64,000 nt of DNA from Candidatus Hydrogenedentota bacterium (GCA_045863295.1 BTWA01000004.1:96001-160000); one strand, 5' to 3'. Positions 29,314-38,978 are shown, counted from the stretch's first letter. Numbers and translations are program-made. Notes: generated by a model from the sequence alone, not told the origin.

Positions 29314-30261
29314 TCAGGACGGAAACAGTACGCTGATGCTCTCGCGCTTCTGAATCCGCCGTATCGCCTCGCCAAACAAGGGCGCAACGGATATAACTTC
29401 GATCTTGTCACAAAATCCCTCGGGATGGTTTTCAACCGAATCCGTCACGATCAGTTTTTCCAGCGGACTCGCCGCAATGCGCTCCATCGAGCCCTTGGAA
29501 AATACCCCGTGCGTCACCATGGCATACACCGACTTCGCCCCGCGCTCCAGCAGCTTGTGCGAAGCCTCGATGAGCGTTCCGCCGGAAATCGTGAAATCGT
29601 CGATGATGAGCGCCGTCTTATTCTTCACATCCCCGATGATGTCCAGCACGTGCGCCGACTCGTCATGCCCCGCCCTCTCCTTGTCGCCCAACGCCATCGA
29701 AGTGCCAAGATACGAGGCGTACTTACGCGCCTTTTTGGCAAATCCAGCATCAGGCGAAACGACGACAAGATTGCTCAAATGCATTCGCTTCACCGCTTCG
29801 CAAAGCACCGGAAGCGCATAAAGATCATCCACCGGTATCTTGAAAAATCCTTGAATCTGCGGCGCATGCAAATCAAGCGTAATCACGCGATCCGCTCCCG
29901 CGGCCTCGATCGCATCCGCGCAAACGCGCGCGCGTATCGACACGCGGGGCTCGTCTTTCTTGTCGCCCTTGGCATAGCTGAAGTAAGGCATCAACACCGT
30001 GACGCTTTGCGCACTGGCTCGCTTGAACGCGTCTATCCAGAACAACATTTCCATGAAATTGTCGTTCGCGGGATACGCAGTCGACTGCACCAGGAAGATA
30101 TGCCGTCCGCGCACGTTCTGCTTGATGCGTACAAACAACGTGCCTTCCGAAAACCGGATGACCTCCCCTTTGCCAGGCTCTTCGCCCAGATAACGGCAGA
30201 TGCTCTCCGTGAGAGCCAGACTGGAAGATCCCCCGAATATCAATATGTCTTCTTCGTTCAT
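29314..30261 (-). CDS. prs: Ribose-phosphate pyrophosphokinase family protein (divergent paralog)
   Basis: DLHAPQIQGFF, VSPDAG and GDV..K..IIDD motifs; several catalytic-loop substitutions. Confidence 0.88.
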   Translation of the reverse strand: MNEEDILIFGGSSSLALTESICRYLGEEPGKGEVIRFSEGTLFVRIKQNVRGRHIFLVQSTAYPANDNFMEMLFWIDAFKRASAQSVTVLMPYFSYAKGDKKDEPRVSIRARVCADAIEAAGADRVITLDLHAPQIQGFFKIPVDDLYALPVLCEAVKRMHLSNLVVVSPDAGFAKKARKYASYLGTSMALGDKERAGHDESAHVLDIIGDVKNKTALIIDDFTISGGTLIEASHKLLERGAKSVYAMVTHGVFSKGSMERIAASPLEKLIVTDSVENHPEGFCDKIEVISVAPLFGEAIRRIQKRESISVLFPS

Positions 30262-30307
30262 GGCAAGCCCTTCGAAAGTAAATCGCTGCAATCCCCCACA
30301 AACCACT

Positions 30308-31345
30308 TCAAGGTGTCACGACCACCCGCATCCCCGCTTTCCCCTCGGCCGCGGCAAAAGCGTCCGGTGCCTGACTCAACGGAAACCGGTGGGAAATGTA
30401 TTTCTTCATGTCAATCCGGCCGGACGCAATAATCTCCACGGCCTGCTGATGGTGCCGCGGCAATGCCCCATGCGATCCGAAGAGATAGATCTCTTTATAG
30501 TGCAGAATATTGGTGTCAATGGGAACTATCGACTTGCCTTTCGGAAGACCGCCAAAAAGATTGATCCGCGCGCGATTCCGCGCCATATGAATCGCATCGG
30601 CCTGCGCTTCCGGCGCGGGGCATGCCGTCAGAATAATGTCCGCGCCCTGCCCCTTCGTCTCCTCGCGAACCCGCGCAATCGCATCCTCGTCACTCGAACA
30701 TATTGTCACATCGACGCCATATTGACGCGCAATGTCTAACCGGGGTCGCGATCGGTTAACCACGATCGTCTTGGCTACGCCCAATAGCGTGCCCAATTCG
30801 GTCAACAATATGCCCAGCGGGCCCGCCCCGATCACAACCATCGAATCGCCCAATTTCGGTGCGCACATCTCAAGTGCGTTGATGCAACACGCCAGTGGCT
30901 CCGCCAGCGCCGCCTCTTCCATGCTCACATGATCGGGCACTTTCGACACCGGGCCGTGATTCACCACCATCGCGTTCAGCAAAACGTATTCCGCGAAACT
31001 GCCGGGAAACTGATACCCCATGGCGTAGTTGATCGCACAGTTGTTGCCCATCCCCGCAACGCAATACTCGCATTCGCCACATGGCACGTCACCCCCCAGC
31101 GCCACGCGATCGCCCGCACGGAATTTGTGCACGTTCTTGCCCACGGACTCGACCACACCCGCCGCTTCGTGACCCATGATTGCAGGAGGCGTCAGCCGGT
31201 TGTTCCCGTGGTGGAACATGCGAATGTCGGATCCGCACACCGCGCAGGCGGACACCCTCACCAGCACTTCATCGTCCCCCGGCGCCGGCGTCGGCACCTC
31301 CTTGACAACCAACCGCTCAAGCGCTTCCAACACGGCCGCCTTCAA
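30308..31345 (-). CDS. Zn-dependent (MDR) polyol/sugar dehydrogenase
   Basis: CGSD, GHE, CGECEYC..C and GAGPLG motifs; TTG start with RBS AGGAG. Confidence 0.9.
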   Translation of the reverse strand: MKAAVLEALERLVVKEVPTPAPGDDEVLVRVSACAVCGSDIRMFHHGNNRLTPPAIMGHEAAGVVESVGKNVHKFRAGDRVALGGDVPCGECEYCVAGMGNNCAINYAMGYQFPGSFAEYVLLNAMVVNHGPVSKVPDHVSMEEAALAEPLACCINALEMCAPKLGDSMVVIGAGPLGILLTELGTLLGVAKTIVVNRSRPRLDIARQYGVDVTICSSDEDAIARVREETKGQGADIILTACPAPEAQADAIHMARNRARINLFGGLPKGKSIVPIDTNILHYKEIYLFGSHGALPRHHQQAVEIIASGRIDMKKYISHRFPLSQAPDAFAAAEGKAGMRVVVTP

Positions 31346-31378
31346 ATCAACTACTCCTGTATTCGCTGCATCGTGTTC

Positions 31379-32422
31379 TCAATCTTGATTCACGAACAGT
31401 ATCTTGGTGCTGAACTCACTGCGATCGCGCATCTTCCGCATCGCATCCGCCAACTCGTTCAACGCCACGCGATGCGTAATTAAACGCTGGACATTCAGCT
31501 TGCCCGACGCAATGAAATCCAGCGTCAACTTCCACTCGTTCCGCGGAAGGCTGCTGTACGAGGAATTCCACGTGCCAACAAGTTTCAACTGCTTTCGCAA
31601 AATGCCCCAATAGGCCTGCTGAGGCAACGTAACATCGCCGTCCGGGTTCCCCATCAACACCACGCGGCCCAACGGACGCACCAAAAGCAAACATTGCTCC
31701 AGCGCCGCAGCGTTGCCCGCCGCTTCCACGGCCAGATCCGCCCCGCTGCCTGTCAACCGCTTCACCCATTCGCCAATGCCTTCGTCGCGCGGATTGAACG
31801 TGTTCTGAAATCCCAACTCGCGCGCAAACGCAAGTTTCCGTTCGTCAATGTCCGCCAGCATCACCTCGCCAGCGCCCCACGCCTGCGCCCACATGGCCAC
31901 CATCAAACCAATAGGACCCGCGCCCACTATCAACACGTGGTCCCCAATGTCGATGCCGCCCTGTCGTAACGCATGCACCGCCACCGCCGCCGGCTCCGTC
32001 ATCGCCGCTTCTTCCAGCGACACGCCAGGAGGGGTCAACGCCAAATTCCAAGCGGGCACCCGCACATACTCCGCAAACCCGCCATCGCAACGGGAACCCA
32101 GATAGTTGTAATCCGTGCACTGGGCATATTCGCCCACTTCACACAACGTGCATTTCATGCAAGGAATTAATGGAAACACCGCGGCCTGACGGCCAATCAA
32201 GGCCCGGTCCACCTCAGGGCCCACGGCCTCTACCACCCCGGCCAGTTCATGACCCGGAATCATGGGGAAATTGTAGGTGCCTTTGACAAAAACCCGGGGA
32301 ATATCCGATCCGCACACGCCGCACGCCGCCACACGAAGCACCACTTCGCCCGGCCCGGCATCAGGACGGGGAACGTCTTCGAATCGCAGATCGCCAACGT
32401 TATGCAGGACACACGCATGCAT
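31379..32422 (-). CDS. Zn-dependent dehydrogenase, galactitol-1-phosphate 5-dehydrogenase-like
   Basis: CGSD, GHE, PLIPC, YLGSR and GTWNS motifs. Confidence 0.88.
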   Translation of the reverse strand: MHACVLHNVGDLRFEDVPRPDAGPGEVVLRVAACGVCGSDIPRVFVKGTYNFPMIPGHELAGVVEAVGPEVDRALIGRQAAVFPLIPCMKCTLCEVGEYAQCTDYNYLGSRCDGGFAEYVRVPAWNLALTPPGVSLEEAAMTEPAAVAVHALRQGGIDIGDHVLIVGAGPIGLMVAMWAQAWGAGEVMLADIDERKLAFARELGFQNTFNPRDEGIGEWVKRLTGSGADLAVEAAGNAAALEQCLLLVRPLGRVVLMGNPDGDVTLPQQAYWGILRKQLKLVGTWNSSYSSLPRNEWKLTLDFIASGKLNVQRLITHRVALNELADAMRKMRDRSEFSTKILFVNQD

Positions 32423-32544
32423 GCGAAAAAATCCGGAAATCGTCCCAAGATCCGACAGTACCGGCGGATGATACCACACGCGAATTCCCCCATCACACCC
32501 GCCGCCGTGTGACATGCGGCTCTGCGCGTCCCCGGCAGGGCCTA

Positions 32545-32589
32545 TCACAAAGAAAGCCCCCGCCGGCTCTTGCCAGCCGGCGGGGGCTT
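32545..32589 (-). terminator. Rho-independent terminator
   Basis: 15-bp perfect stem 32554-32568/32575-32589 followed by a T-rich tract on the minus strand. Confidence 0.8.
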
Positions 32590-32606
32590 CAGTCTGCGGG
32601 AGACGC

Positions 32607-33368
32607 TTACTCTATCGGGGCGGGTGGGAGGTCTCCCGCAGGCGGAGCTGGAGGCATCGGGCCATCCTGGGCCGGTCCATGACCGGGCCCGCGACCCTGA
32701 CCCGGACCAAATCCGGGGCCTTGTCCTCGGCCCGGTCCGCGCCCTTGACCCGGACCTTGACCCAGACCGCGTCCCGGACCCTGCCCTTGGCCGGGCCCTT
32801 GCGCATGCATTCTGGGAGGACGATGGGTTTCGTGGAAAGCGATGAACTCTTCTCTGGTAAGAGTTCCGTTCTTGTCGGCATCCATCTCATCGAAGATGAC
32901 CGCGGGATCCGGAGGACGATGGCCGCGAGGTCCGTCAAATTCGCCGCCGGGAGGCGGGCCGAACGGCCTTTCCTGACCGTCTTCAAACCGCGGGCCACGA
33001 CGTTCGCCCTGCCGGCCCGGGCCCACATAAATGCCTTTACCCTCTCCACGCGGGCCTTGCGGCGGCATCGCGTTCGGGCCCTGCTCGTCGTTCCATGCCG
33101 GGCCTTGGCCGCCGTATCCGCGCCCACCCGGGGGCGGTCCTTGCCAGTCCGCGCCGTCGGGCTGATGAATTCGCCGCTGGTCGCGCTGCCGCAACGGGCG
33201 CTCCGGAGGCGGGCCTGCCGGTTGATCCGGCGCGGGTTGTTCAATCTGCGCGTCCGGCGGGGGTGCCGGCTGGGCATTGGCGTCGGCCAAGGTCCACGTT
33301 CCCGCCGCTATGGCTGCGGCGGCCGCAACGGCGCCCATCCGCTTTGCGTATGCTTTCCGCTTGCTCAT
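32607..33368 (-). CDS. Secreted Pro/Gly-rich protein with one EF-hand
   Basis: Signal peptide (..TLADANA/Q), EF loop DADKNGTLTREE, (G-X)n repeats. Confidence 0.8.
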   Translation of the reverse strand: MSKRKAYAKRMGAVAAAAAIAAGTWTLADANAQPAPPPDAQIEQPAPDQPAGPPPERPLRQRDQRRIHQPDGADWQGPPPGGRGYGGQGPAWNDEQGPNAMPPQGPRGEGKGIYVGPGRQGERRGPRFEDGQERPFGPPPGGEFDGPRGHRPPDPAVIFDEMDADKNGTLTREEFIAFHETHRPPRMHAQGPGQGQGPGRGLGQGPGQGRGPGRGQGPGFGPGQGRGPGHGPAQDGPMPPAPPAGDLPPAPIE

Positions 33369-33462
33369 GTTCGGTCTCCTTGGTTGCACCGGCGTCCGTT
33401 CATCGTCCGCCTTGTCTGCCCATACTGTAGCGCCCCAACATGAACGCCACCGGCACGCTCGC

Positions 33463-33478
33463 ATTACGAAAACGTAAT
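33463..33478. promoter_or_regulatory. Palindromic OmpR/CusR-like operator
   Basis: ATTACG-aaaa-CGTAAT between the divergent EF-hand and response-regulator genes. Confidence 0.6.
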
Positions 33479-33523
33479 CCAAATCCCGCGAACGAACCCT
33501 CCCCCCGGTGCTATACTCCCGCC

Positions 33524-34198
33524 ATGAAAGTGCTCCTGGTCGAAGATGAAAAACAGATCGCCGGATTCGTCCGGAAAGGCCTCGAGGAACAGGGGTTTGC
33601 CGTCGAATGGATCGATCACGGCGACAAGGCCTACGCCCTCGCCACTGGCAATTCGTATGACGTGATCGTGCTCGATATCATGCTGCCCGGACGCGACGGG
33701 CTCAGCATCCTGCGCAACTTGCGCAAGCAGAAGAATCCCGTGCCGGTCATTCTCCTCACCGCCCGCACCGAACTCGACGAACGCGTGGAAGGCTTGAATC
33801 TCGGAGCCGATGACTACCTGACCAAGCCCTTCTTCGTCGAAGAACTGATCGCGCGCATTCACGCCCTCGCCCGCCGTTCTGCAGGCGAATCCCTGAGCAT
33901 TCTTCAAGCGGGACCGGTGACCGTCAATCTGCTTACGCGCGACGTCAGCGTTGGCGGCAAGGCGGTTCATCTGACCGCCCGCGAATTCAGCCTGCTCGAA
34001 TACCTCATGCGCTCGCCCGGCCGCGTCTACACGCGCACGCAAATCCTCGAACACGTCTGGGGATTCGACTTCGATCCCAACACCAATCTGGTTGACGTGC
34101 ACATCCAGCGGCTACGCAAAAAAATCGACACGACGGGCAACGACGACCCCATCGAAACGGTACGCGGAGTGGGATACCGGTTCAGGAAACCGGAATGA
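33524..34198 (+). CDS. OmpR-family response regulator (CusR/CzcR-like)
   Basis: LLVEDE, LDIMLP, GADDYLTKPF and ETVRGVGY motifs. Confidence 0.95.
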   Translation: MKVLLVEDEKQIAGFVRKGLEEQGFAVEWIDHGDKAYALATGNSYDVIVLDIMLPGRDGLSILRNLRKQKNPVPVILLTARTELDERVEGLNLGADDYLTKPFFVEELIARIHALARRSAGESLSILQAGPVTVNLLTRDVSVGGKAVHLTAREFSLLEYLMRSPGRVYTRTQILEHVWGFDFDPNTNLVDVHIQRLRKKIDTTGNDDPIETVRGVGYRFRKPE

Positions 34199-35961
34199 GC
34201 CCGCGACGATACTTTCCAGGCTCCTTCCGGGTGCGTATCGCCGTGCTTTCCACGCTCCTCTCGGGAATTGTGTTGCTCGCCTTCGGCACGTGGGGTTGGA
34301 GCATCGCCCGGAAAATGAGCACCGACCGGCTTGATGCCACTATCCGGGAACTGGCCAGCGCGCACCTGTCCCGGAGGCAAGCCCCCGACTATTGGCAAAC
34401 CATGGCCGAAACCCTCGCCTTTGCCCTCGGCGGCGGCCGGGACGACAGCATCCTTCTGGCCGTGCGCGATCGGAGCACTCAACTCCTCTACGCCACGCCG
34501 AATTGGCCCGACGGCCTCGATCAAGGAACCCTGCCGCCACCCATTGAAGGCGACGGCCCCCTGCCACCGTTCGGTCAGGAAATGCAGGGACCGCCGATGG
34601 GCCCACCGCAAGGTCCACCTCAAGGTCCGTTTCCGCCGCAACCCCGGGGCGGCCAAAACGGATTTCCACCGTTCCCTGGTCCGAACGGGTTTCAACCAGT
34701 GCCGCCCATTCAGGCCACCGGCCAACCAGCCCCGGTATACAACGCGCCCCAGGACGCCGCCACACCGAACGATGGCGACGGCATCCCTCCAGAGCAGGGA
34801 CGTCGGAACGGACGCGGCCCAGGCATGGGCCCGCGCCAAGGTCAAGGCCAGGGCTTTGGCCCGGGACCCGGTTGGGGCCGAGGTCCCGGTCCGCGAAGGC
34901 CCGGCGATCCCCCGCCGCCTCCCCTGCCTGTCGAAGTGCGGCAGTTTTTCCCCATCGAAACCGGTGGCGAACACTGGCGTGTCGGCGTATTCAGCAATCC
35001 CGAAGTCACCATTGCGCTCGGCCTCAACATGGCCCCCGCCATGGCGGAGGCCACCCGGCTGAGAGATACGTATTTGATCGCCATGCCGTTGGCGCTTCTC
35101 CTGATCGCCGCGGGCGGCTGGGCCGTATCTGGACGCGCGTTGAAACCGGTGAAGACATTGACAGCCGCCGCACAAGGCATTACCGCCCAAGGGCTGGACC
35201 AGCGCATTCCCGCCGAGCGGACAGATGCCGAATTCGAGACGCTGATCCAGGTCTTCAATGAAATGATGCAAAGGCTGGACCGCAGCTTTCAGCAGGCCAC
35301 AAGATTCAGCGCCGACGCCGCCCATGAATTGAAAACGCCTCTGACAATCCTCCAAGGCCATTTGGAAAACGCCTTGGGCAACGCCGAAGCCGGATCAAAA
35401 CAACAGCAAACCTACAGCCTCCTGCTGGAGGAAGTGCAGCGCCTTAAATCGATCATCCGCAAGTTACTGCTGCTATCCCTCGCCGATGCGGGCCAATTGC
35501 GCGTCCATGCGCAACCCGTGGATATGAGCGACTTGCTGGAAGGCGTGTGCGACGACATCGAAATCATGGCCCCAAAACTGTCGCTGCAAAAAACCATCCC
35601 CACGGGAATCACCATCTCGGGCGACGCCGAGTTGATTCGCCAAGTCGTGCAAAACCTGATGAGCAACGCCGTGAAATACAACCGTAAACACGGCAAGATC
35701 GGCGTCAAGCTGGAATCCAACGGCACCCACACCATGTTATCCGTCGCCAACACCGGCCCCGGCATCGCCGAAGAAGACCGCCCCCACATCTTCGACCGCT
35801 TCTACCGCGGCGACAAAGCACGTACCCGCCGCGTCGGCGCCGGACTCGGCCTAAGCCTCGCCCGCGAAATCGCCCGCGCCCACAATGGCGACCTGTTATT
35901 AATTGAATCCAAGGAAGACCGCACCGTATTCCAACTCACCCTGCCGACGTCACAAGGCTGA
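34195..35961 (+). CDS. Sensor histidine kinase (HAMP-HisKA-HATPase) with Pro/Gly-rich extracytoplasmic loop
   Basis: Two TMs, HAMP, AAHELKTPL, NLMSNA, FDRFYR and GAGLGL motifs. Confidence 0.95.
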   Translation: MSPRRYFPGSFRVRIAVLSTLLSGIVLLAFGTWGWSIARKMSTDRLDATIRELASAHLSRRQAPDYWQTMAETLAFALGGGRDDSILLAVRDRSTQLLYATPNWPDGLDQGTLPPPIEGDGPLPPFGQEMQGPPMGPPQGPPQGPFPPQPRGGQNGFPPFPGPNGFQPVPPIQATGQPAPVYNAPQDAATPNDGDGIPPEQGRRNGRGPGMGPRQGQGQGFGPGPGWGRGPGPRRPGDPPPPPLPVEVRQFFPIETGGEHWRVGVFSNPEVTIALGLNMAPAMAEATRLRDTYLIAMPLALLLIAAGGWAVSGRALKPVKTLTAAAQGITAQGLDQRIPAERTDAEFETLIQVFNEMMQRLDRSFQQATRFSADAAHELKTPLTILQGHLENALGNAEAGSKQQQTYSLLLEEVQRLKSIIRKLLLLSLADAGQLRVHAQPVDMSDLLEGVCDDIEIMAPKLSLQKTIPTGITISGDAELIRQVVQNLMSNAVKYNRKHGKIGVKLESNGTHTMLSVANTGPGIAEEDRPHIFDRFYRGDKARTRRVGAGLGLSLAREIARAHNGDLLLIESKEDRTVFQLTLPTSQG

Positions 35962-36000
35962 GACTGAAAACAACACGTTTCCCTCGTCCCAAATTGAATT

Positions 36001-36154
36001 GTAGACGCGACATCCTGTCGCGTTCCCAGGCATACGGCACAACAATCCCCTTAAACCGCGCACCATCAGCCACGCAAACACATCCCCAACAGAAAATCAT
36101 CTGTCTTGCAACCAATTGAATAGGCGTGCGAAAGCGACAAGATATCGCTTCTAC
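36001..36154. repeat. GTAG-type REP pair (REPIN-like)
   Basis: GTAGACGCGACATCCTGTCGCGT (36001-36023) and an inverted related copy (36132-36154). Confidence 0.75.
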
Positions 36155-36166
36155 TTCGGGATTTTT

Positions 36167-36322
36167 CTCGTTCCCAAATTTCCATTTGGGAACGCACTCC
36201 CGAAAAGCTCAGCTTTGAAAGAATTCACAAACCACCCCCACCTTGGATCACAGGCACCTTGTAAAGCGCGTGCAAAGCGGAGTCTTGCACGGCCCGTTCC
36301 CAAATGGAAATTTGGGAACGAG
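36167..36322. mobile_element. MITE/REPIN-like element with 28-bp perfect terminal inverted repeats
   Basis: CTCGTTCCCAAATTTCCATTTGGGAACG (36167-36194) is the exact reverse complement of 36295-36322; each arm is itself a hairpin. Confidence 0.75.
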
Positions 36323-37076
36323 GAGACAAATTGCCCGTCGGCGACCCCGGCTATTTTGGCAAGACCTGTATACCTTTATGCGCAGGATGTTGCAGTCGGA
36401 TGGAGTGAAGTCCTCGGATTGTAACGAGGGTGTTCAAAAATGTGCAGGTTGAAGGGCCTGCTTCGACTCCCTTCCCGTCGTGTGGTTCGCGTGTAGCACC
36501 GCACGCCTTCGACAAGGTCGAACGGTAATCCCCTCAAGGCCTCGCGCCTCGCGCCGGCGCGAGGGGGGTGAACAAACTATCTTTTGACGATACAAGGGGG
36601 GGTGTACGGGTCAGAATCTTCGTAACTCCTGATTTCATGGTCACGCACGGTATGACACCACCTTGCAGAGGTGTGTGGGTCGCAGGGGTGTACGCCGAAA
36701 CCTTGGCAAGGGCATAAATGCACTTGCTGAAAATGGCCGCCGCCGAAGAGGTCAAACTCGAACCTCATCGAGCCCAAGGCCTCCAGCCTCGTACCTATCC
36801 GGAAGCGGCGGATTATTCACACGGGACGGCTTGCGAGACACAGGGGTACTCGCACGGAATTCCGTCCTAACCATATGCACAGGTTGTTGCACTCGAATGA
36901 CTAATGTGAGGGATGGGAATTCAGGGTTCCGGCCCGAGCGACGCATGAGTATAGAATTGTCGGGGCAATTCATTCCGAAGAGGAGACCATTCTGGTCAAC
37001 GGGCGTGGCATGGTCGGAATCCATGCCACAACAGAGAAACCTAGTCACAAAAAGGAATGTCATCACTGCGCAATCT

Positions 37077-38498
37077 TTATCCTGGAACCGCAGGCACGAC
37101 TGTTACGATACTCAATCCAAGGGTCTGCAATTTCGCATCAAGTTTGTCGACAATTTCATCGACCATCCTCTGTGAGCCGTAGAAGGCGAAAACAAATGGC
37201 TTTGCCGAACCGTCAGGGAAAGTAATGCGCCAGTCGCTAGTAGTTGTTCTCTGTGACACCGTAATCGGCTCAGTCAAATTCCGAAAATCTATGGAATAAG
37301 CATCGCCCATATCCACCATTTGAAATTCGATGCCCACTTCGGTAACCTGCACATCGACCACTTTTCGCTTCACCCAACCACCAGCATCAGGAACAAGCGC
37401 ATTGGCATCCCGCACCAAAGTATTCAAGAGTTCTTCTTCCAGTTGCACATCGACAGACTCACTCGTCACACCAGAACTGGATGCGCCAAATCTTGCCCTT
37501 AGTTCTTGCGCACTCTCGATGAAATTATTTAGCGCTTCCGTAAATGACAAGATCCCCATTACAACGATAAACGCAATAACTATGTAGACTACAATTCGAT
37601 ACTTGAATAGCCTACGCTTAGCCCTTTCAAGTTCATTAGGCGACTCGGCAGTGTCTCTATTGATCGCAGAAGGTACATTCGATCCATCTACGGCTTTACG
37701 GGACTCTAATGCCATCAAGGAGACCTCAGATGCGAATTGCTCTTCCGTTAACTTTTCCAAATCCGGAAGCAACTCCTTCATCAATGCGACAGCGGGCATT
37801 GGAACATTCTGCCGCGCAAGAATATTATCAATAACGCTAACTTTGTCAATTATCTCTGTTCTTGTCACATTGTTTGCAGAATTCATTAGTGCCATCAGGT
37901 CGGTGACATGCGTAGAAAAACTTGCAGTAAACCCCGGATGCTGATCACAGTAATGCTGAAGCGAACGCACATGCGAATAGAGCCGGCTGAGTACTGACGT
38001 GCCGCAAGAAGCAGTTCTACTTGAATTACTAGATCCTATAATACTCGTGAGCTCAAGAAGCTTCTCAATTGCTTCTTCACACACTTTTTGAGCTTCACTA
38101 GGTGACAAAGGCGTATCATCAGAGTGTCGCTCCTCTTGGTAGGCAATAAACGTCCCCTCATCATGGATAATCTCTGGCGCGCTCACTTGGTATCGGCGCA
38201 GTCTTAGGCCAGAAAGTATAGTTCGAACCAGCACTCTCGCATGCTTTCGATCCGAATCAGTAAGAAGCGCCGATTGAGTCGACAGAGATAAGAATTCTTC
38301 AAAGACGCTATGGACTTCTTTGGTCAGCGCCTCCGCTTCCTCCTTCAGTTGACTCGAGAGCTTTGACCAGTACGGGTCTGGAACGCCAAAGCTTATGAGG
38401 TAAGGGGCCTCCTTAGGAAGCTCTTCCAAGCACTTAACAAAGTAGCTGCTAGTTTTTTCACCAATACCTTTAACGCGAATCTCTAAAGTATTTTCCAT
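37077..38498 (-). CDS. AT-rich orphan protein with one central TM helix
   Basis: 473-codon ORF, RBS AGGA, TM IVVYIVIAFIVVMGILSF, composition unlike the flanks. Confidence 0.75.
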   Translation of the reverse strand: MENTLEIRVKGIGEKTSSYFVKCLEELPKEAPYLISFGVPDPYWSKLSSQLKEEAEALTKEVHSVFEEFLSLSTQSALLTDSDRKHARVLVRTILSGLRLRRYQVSAPEIIHDEGTFIAYQEERHSDDTPLSPSEAQKVCEEAIEKLLELTSIIGSSNSSRTASCGTSVLSRLYSHVRSLQHYCDQHPGFTASFSTHVTDLMALMNSANNVTRTEIIDKVSVIDNILARQNVPMPAVALMKELLPDLEKLTEEQFASEVSLMALESRKAVDGSNVPSAINRDTAESPNELERAKRRLFKYRIVVYIVIAFIVVMGILSFTEALNNFIESAQELRARFGASSSGVTSESVDVQLEEELLNTLVRDANALVPDAGGWVKRKVVDVQVTEVGIEFQMVDMGDAYSIDFRNLTEPITVSQRTTTSDWRITFPDGSAKPFVFAFYGSQRMVDEIVDKLDAKLQTLGLSIVTVVPAVPG

Positions 38499-38809
38499 AG
38501 ACTTTCCTGGCACGGGCAAATACCGTTGCTCTTAATTGCCGACGGTTTCCGGATACTGGCACGCCGCGCGACCGCAATAGCCACTTTTCCCAGTCTCAAG
38601 TTCATACCAACCCCGTCAGCAACAACGGTTAAGATTTCCTAAAAGAGTTTCTTGTTAAATTGTGTCCGCGGGCGAATATCAAGTGCTTGGGCAATTGCAC
38701 TTTCCGTTGTTACCACAATGTCCCTCCTAGTGAGGCGCAGACTTGGCCTCATTCCGCGAAGAATTATATAATAGACATAGGACGGTCCGGAAGTCATGCG
38801 AGCCACTGC

Positions 38810-38978
38810 ACAGATGGACGTTTTGCCGAAACGTCCATCCGTATTCATTCTGGGCCACACCGGCTTCCAAGAGAACCATCCCAAAGACCGCTTATCCGCA
38901 GGCCTCCGCGCAAGTTCACAACATTCCAATACGAGGTTTGCTTCTCCGTCCCCGGCGGTTTTGGCAAAACCGCCCTAC
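38810..38978. repeat. REP pair (REPIN-like)
   Basis: Hairpin GATGGACGTTTTGCCGAAACGTCCATC (38813-38839) and inverted GTAGGGCGGTTTTGCCAAAACCGCC (38954-38978). Confidence 0.65.

Noticed and set aside
23730..32422. A complete aminoglycoside biosynthetic cluster
   Set aside because: No 2-deoxy-scyllo-inosose synthase, aminotransferase, resistance or export gene in the window
36167..36322. Possible CRISPR repeats
   Set aside because: Only two copies, in inverted orientation, with no spacer array and no cas genes; fits a REP/MITE
36330..37070. Short ORFs (36116..36424, 36663..37175, 36752..37066) and IS-end-like or repeat-like fragments
   Set aside because: No recognisable protein or transposase motif; probably decayed repeats or gene debris that cannot be assigned by eye
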